64,000 bases of DNA from Chrysomallon squamiferum (lineage: Eukaryota > Animalia > Mollusca). The notes under the pieces were generated by a model, which saw only the letters and a program-made list of their open reading frames with translations, searched no databases and was not told where the DNA came from. Made by a program: the position numbers and the translations under genes. The stretch lies in assembly GCA_012295275.1 (NCBI GenBank), contig CM022665.1, positions 23,622,001-23,686,000 of the forward strand, written 5' to 3'. Positions 59,547-64,000 of this stretch are shown here, in pieces; position 1 is the stretch's first letter, and each line of letters opens with the position of its first letter.

Positions 59547-61426
59547 GGGGTTTTTACGGGTTAAGTAACACACTTAAAATAATGTTATTGTTTAACGTAA
59601 TGTTCATTTAGAGAAACTTTCTTTTAGGAGAAACCAACTGTGTACCACAATTAACACATCAAATCTTTTAACATTTGTTTTTCTGATTCTGATTGTTTCT
59701 TTTCTTTCTTCCTTTTTAAAAAAAAAAAAAAAAAAATTATTTCTTATATTATTTATTCATTTTAGTTTTGTTGTTTGTTTTGCTCTTTTTTTTTCTTCTT
59801 CTTCTTTTTTTGTTTATTTTTTATTTTTTTATTTTATTTTTTTTTTTTTCATTTTTTGTTCGCGCGGAGTTGTTTGTTTCCTTTAAGATTTGCCACAGTA
59901 TATTAAAAACAAGCATATTTAATGATGCATACTTCCAGCTGCTTTTGGAAGGAAAATAATATCAGCTTTTTGTAAAGGCAATATTGCTGTTAATGTGATT
60001 ATACAGAAAAAATGAGAAAGAAACTTGTGTATTTATTATAAAATTAGTTTTATAATACATTCTAGTCTTTACCTTATAAACGAGATGCATAATGTTGTAA
60101 AACAATATATAACGGTGTCATTTTTCAAAAACATTACATTTTTTAATTTTAATCTTATTTTTATTATTTTAGAAACATGTTAGATAAAGAGATTTTTTTT
60201 TTTTTTTTTTTTTTTTTCAATTTTAGTTTTTTCCTTTCTGCAAATTTTATAATTTTTGATGTTGATTGTAATCACAGAATTAAGTATTCGATGATATTTT
60301 TAACTATATATCATCAGGTGTGTGTAATACTGAATAATGGAGACGTTTCCCTTTTCTTTTTTTTTAAGACATATCTTTGTCGTTTGTTTTTATTTCGGTT
60401 GAAGATATGAGCTCAATTTTTTTCTTTCTTTCTTTATTATTTGTTATTTCCTTTTTTCTTTTGTTTTCTTTTTTCTTTTTCTTTTAAAAAAATTAAATTA
60501 AGTTCATTTTCATGGCTGAACAAGTCACAAATGGACATGAAATGTAATTTTAATAAAACTTAGGTTGTTTATATATATATATATATATAAAAAAAAATTG
60601 ATATTTATACTGTTTGTTTGTTCACGCGTGTGAATGAAAAATTACTTATTGTTGTCCTAGAACTAGAATATATTTGTTTTTGAAGTGTTTCGTTTTAGAA
60701 AAAAAAAAATATATATATATATATATTTAGTAGTTTAAAAAAAATTTAGTTATTGTTTGTGTCTCATTTAATATTCTCTAATTTCGTAATGTTCGTATCT
60801 ACGAATGGATTAGAAACGATAACAAGGAACGCAACTCATTGATATTTACTATCAGAGTTGCTGAGGTTATCTTTCGTGGAAATTTTTGTCATCCAAATAC
60901 TGTCCAATGGTTATTTTTAATTTTATTTATTTATTTATTTAATTTTTTATTTAATTTTTTAAAAATTATTATTTATTTATATATTATTATTATTAATATG
61001 GGTTTTTTAAGGGTTAAGTAACACACTTAAAAAAAGAAAGAAAGAGAGGGGAAAAAGAAAATAACAACAACAACAATAATAATAATAATAATAATAATAA
61101 TAATTTCATCATTATTTTTATCTACAACGATATTTTGTTAAGCAAAGAAGCTAATGAAAACTTCCTGTTTTCTTTTTTTGTTATTATTATTATTGTTTGT
61201 TTTGTTGTTTTTTGTTTTGTTTTTGTTTTTTATTCTTTCGTGGTTTTTTTAATTATTTATTGTTTTTTATTTTATTTTATTTCATTTTTTCAAAAAAAAA
61301 AAATTGTCTGTTTGTTGGGTTCTTTTGTTTTGTATGCCTTGTTGTTTTATTATTATTATTGTTATTATTATTTTATGTATTATATACATATAATTTATTT
61401 ATTATATTTCTATATTTTTTTTTATT

Positions 61427-61467
<41 letters not shown>

Positions 61468-62630
61468 CTGACTGTGTAAATTAGTATTATTAGTTTTACT
61501 TTAGAATACGGCTTGGTATATATTTATATTTGTACTGTCAGTGGAGAATATCTAAGATTTGTTTTACTTTGGGAAACATGTAACATTGTACATAACTATC
61601 ATGCATTAAAGAACTATAGATCGTATTCTGTTCGTTTATTTTCTTTATGTGCCTATGTTAATTAGTTCGTATCGCCACTAGACCACAAGTGGATATATTT
61701 GAGGTATCCTCAACCTGTAATGAAAGTTTTTGGCGGTACCTTTTACGGCACATGCAAATCAAGAACTTTTATTCTCATAGCCTAATGGTTCGTTGTGTAT
61801 GTATTATATATAGAAGTTTCTCGTTAAATAAATTAACAAGACGAATCTCAGTATTCACTTTTCTAGCAAATACTTTATGTGACTTTTACTTATTTATATA
61901 TTTATTTATTATTATTGTTGTTGTTTGTTTTGTGAGAGTGGTTGTTATTTTTTTGTTGATTTTTTTTTTTTTTTTTTTTTTTGTGTGGATGGTATTTTTT
62001 AAATAATTATGTGGTTTTTTTTTTTTTTTTTTTTTTTTTTTTCCTTTTTATTGTTTTTTTTATTATTAGGTATTTATTCATTCTATCAAGTTTTTTTTTT
62101 TTTTTTTTTTTTACATATCACAGAGGCTGTTCACTATCATTATATTTTCATGTTCGAGCTTGTTCTTGTTGTTATTTTCCCCACCGCCGGAAATTGACAA
62201 CGTTTTTTTGTTTTTTTTTGGGGGGGTTTCGGAAGTAGGAGGTGCCAGACACGCTCAGCTCCCTATAGTTTACATTCTGTGTAAATTTTAAGAACGCCGA
62301 TGACGTGAAAATCTGATGACGTCAAAAAGATGGCTGAAAGTTGCAAATGTCTCTGCTATCAAATGATGTAGAACACACAGTAGGCGCAGCTAGTCCATAT
62401 TTCTCGCCACTGCTGCTTATGTACATTTTAAAATAACTAAGTTTTTAGTATGATATGAGCAGACGTATCTGATGATTTTACTAGTCCTTGCTGGTGAGAT
62501 TTATTTTTATCAATTTCTTCTAGCAGTAGTTGCATTACATTAGTGTCGTCCATCCTGAAATCTTTATCATCAAATTTCATTCATACGCGACATAATTTCC
62601 CTCGAAAATAATTTCATTCAGGTGTTTATT

Positions 62631-62693
62631 AAAAAAAATGATTAAGATCATTTATAATCTAAAAGATTATAAATGATCTTAAGCATTTTTTTT
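62631..62693. repeat. Long AT-rich inverted repeat (hairpin/cruciform)
   Basis: Perfect 19-bp arms 62642-62660 and 62664-62682 with a 3-nt loop, extended by 10 more bp after one mismatch. Confidence 0.9.
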
Positions 62694-63508
62694 TAATTTT
62701 AATTATTATTATTAATTATTTATTGTTGTTGGTGTTATTATTATTATTTTTTTTTTTTTTTTTTTTTTTTTTATTATTATTAATGGGTTTTAATTCTTTT
62801 TATTATTATTTTTTTTTTTTTTTTTTTTTTTAACCATAATATCATTACATCTGTATGGAAGAAACTATACACATTTATCAAAGAAGATGACAGGTACATG
62901 TGACAAATTTAGTTGCTCTGTTACCTAGGCGGACGCGCACACTAAAAATTCTTCTTAACTATTCGACTTTCGTACCGACCCGTCTTTCTCGATTAAAGTG
63001 TACTTATGACAATATTTATACTTCCAAATTATTCTTTTATTCTTTGGGAAGATCTTTGATCACTCATTACAAAATAGGACGGTCAAATAATATTGTCACA
63101 AAAGATCTGAAAGCCTCTATTTTATCCCATCAAATGGAGTCGCAACAAAATCGCAAGCGTAGGAAACATAACGTATTTTTTCCAAATTTGGACCAAATTT
63201 GTCCATGTACCTACCACAGAAAAAGGCGGCATCCCAGATTTGCTTTCTGCTGTTGTTACACTTCATTATTAATTGAGACTGCAAAATAAATATATAAAAC
63301 ATAACTTGGAAGTGTACAGAACATACTTCTTTGAATCATCAATGGCTGACTTTAAATCGACATTTTGAAGTATGAACGGAAGTTATCATACAAAAATTCA
63401 TATGTTAAATTATGAAACAAATATAAAAGAAGAAGAAAAGGGTTTTAAAACAATATATTCATTTTTATTTTTATTTTTTATTTTTTTTTAATGCAAGAAT
63501 GTTATAAT

Positions 63509-63654
63509 ATGGGCTGCATCAAAAGTAAAGACAAAGATGAATATTCAGATGTAAAACCCATAGACCTGGACACTAGAGAAATATTTAGGCTAAAAAAATC
63601 ATGGAAAGGAATTCAACGTGAAATGGAAACGGCTGGCGTAGAAATGATTTTTAG
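63509..63654 (+). CDS. Globin gene 2 (tandem paralog), coding exon 1; remaining exons presumably beyond the window
   Basis: Reads MGCIKSKDKDEYSDVKPIDLDTREIFRLKKSWKGIQREMETAGVEMIF-R and ends AG|GTAATA in phase 2, at the same B12.2 position. By hand alignment it has 18/30 identical residues to gene 1 over the A-B helices. Confidence 0.9.
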
Positions 63655-63660
63655 GTAATA

Positions 63661-63718
<58 letters not shown>

Positions 63719-63795
63719 ACAAACACACACATACACACACAGGAAAAAGACATTACAGATATTAAATCCTGCATAATAATATTCAACTTGTTTGT

Positions 63796-63972
<177 letters not shown>

Positions 63973-64000
63973 ACAAACAAAAACATCCACACAAATACAA

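Noticed and set aside
58767-60557. AATAAA signals (58767, 60552) as the gene 1 poly(A) site
   Set aside because: The hexamer is too frequent in this AT-rich DNA to assign without 3' end data.
61539-62412. Possible hAT element bounded by CAGTGG...CCACTG
   Set aside because: TIRs are imperfect and the 8-bp flanks (tgtactgt / ctgcttat) do not match.
62900-63289. 129-aa ORF upstream of gene 2
   Set aside because: GTG start, no recognisable domain and no convincing splice context.

Overview
AT-rich, microsatellite-dense animal genomic DNA, not prokaryotic. Decayed SINE and MITE fragments suggest a mollusc, possibly a gastropod (inference). Nearly all ORFs in the track are simple-repeat noise. 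The real content is a tandem pair of + strand, N-terminally acylated globin genes resembling the invertebrate globin X-like (GbXL, 'neuroglobin-like') clade. Gene 1 is complete, with coding exons 19296-19510, 56142-56373 and 58115-58255 (195 aa). It has the ancestral B12.2 and G7.0 intron positions, a 36.6-kb first intron, His E7, His F8, Phe CD1 and an MGC myristoylation/palmitoylation motif. About 5.25 kb downstream is the first coding exon of a paralog (63509-63654), which the ORF track misses. It starts MGCIKSKDKD, almost identical to the membrane anchor of Lyn/Yes kinases, and has Ile instead of Phe at heme-pocket position B10. The remainder is intron and intergenic DNA with minisatellites (25, 40, ~60 and 114 bp units), MITEs, SINE remnants, a long AT-rich palindrome and many microsatellites.
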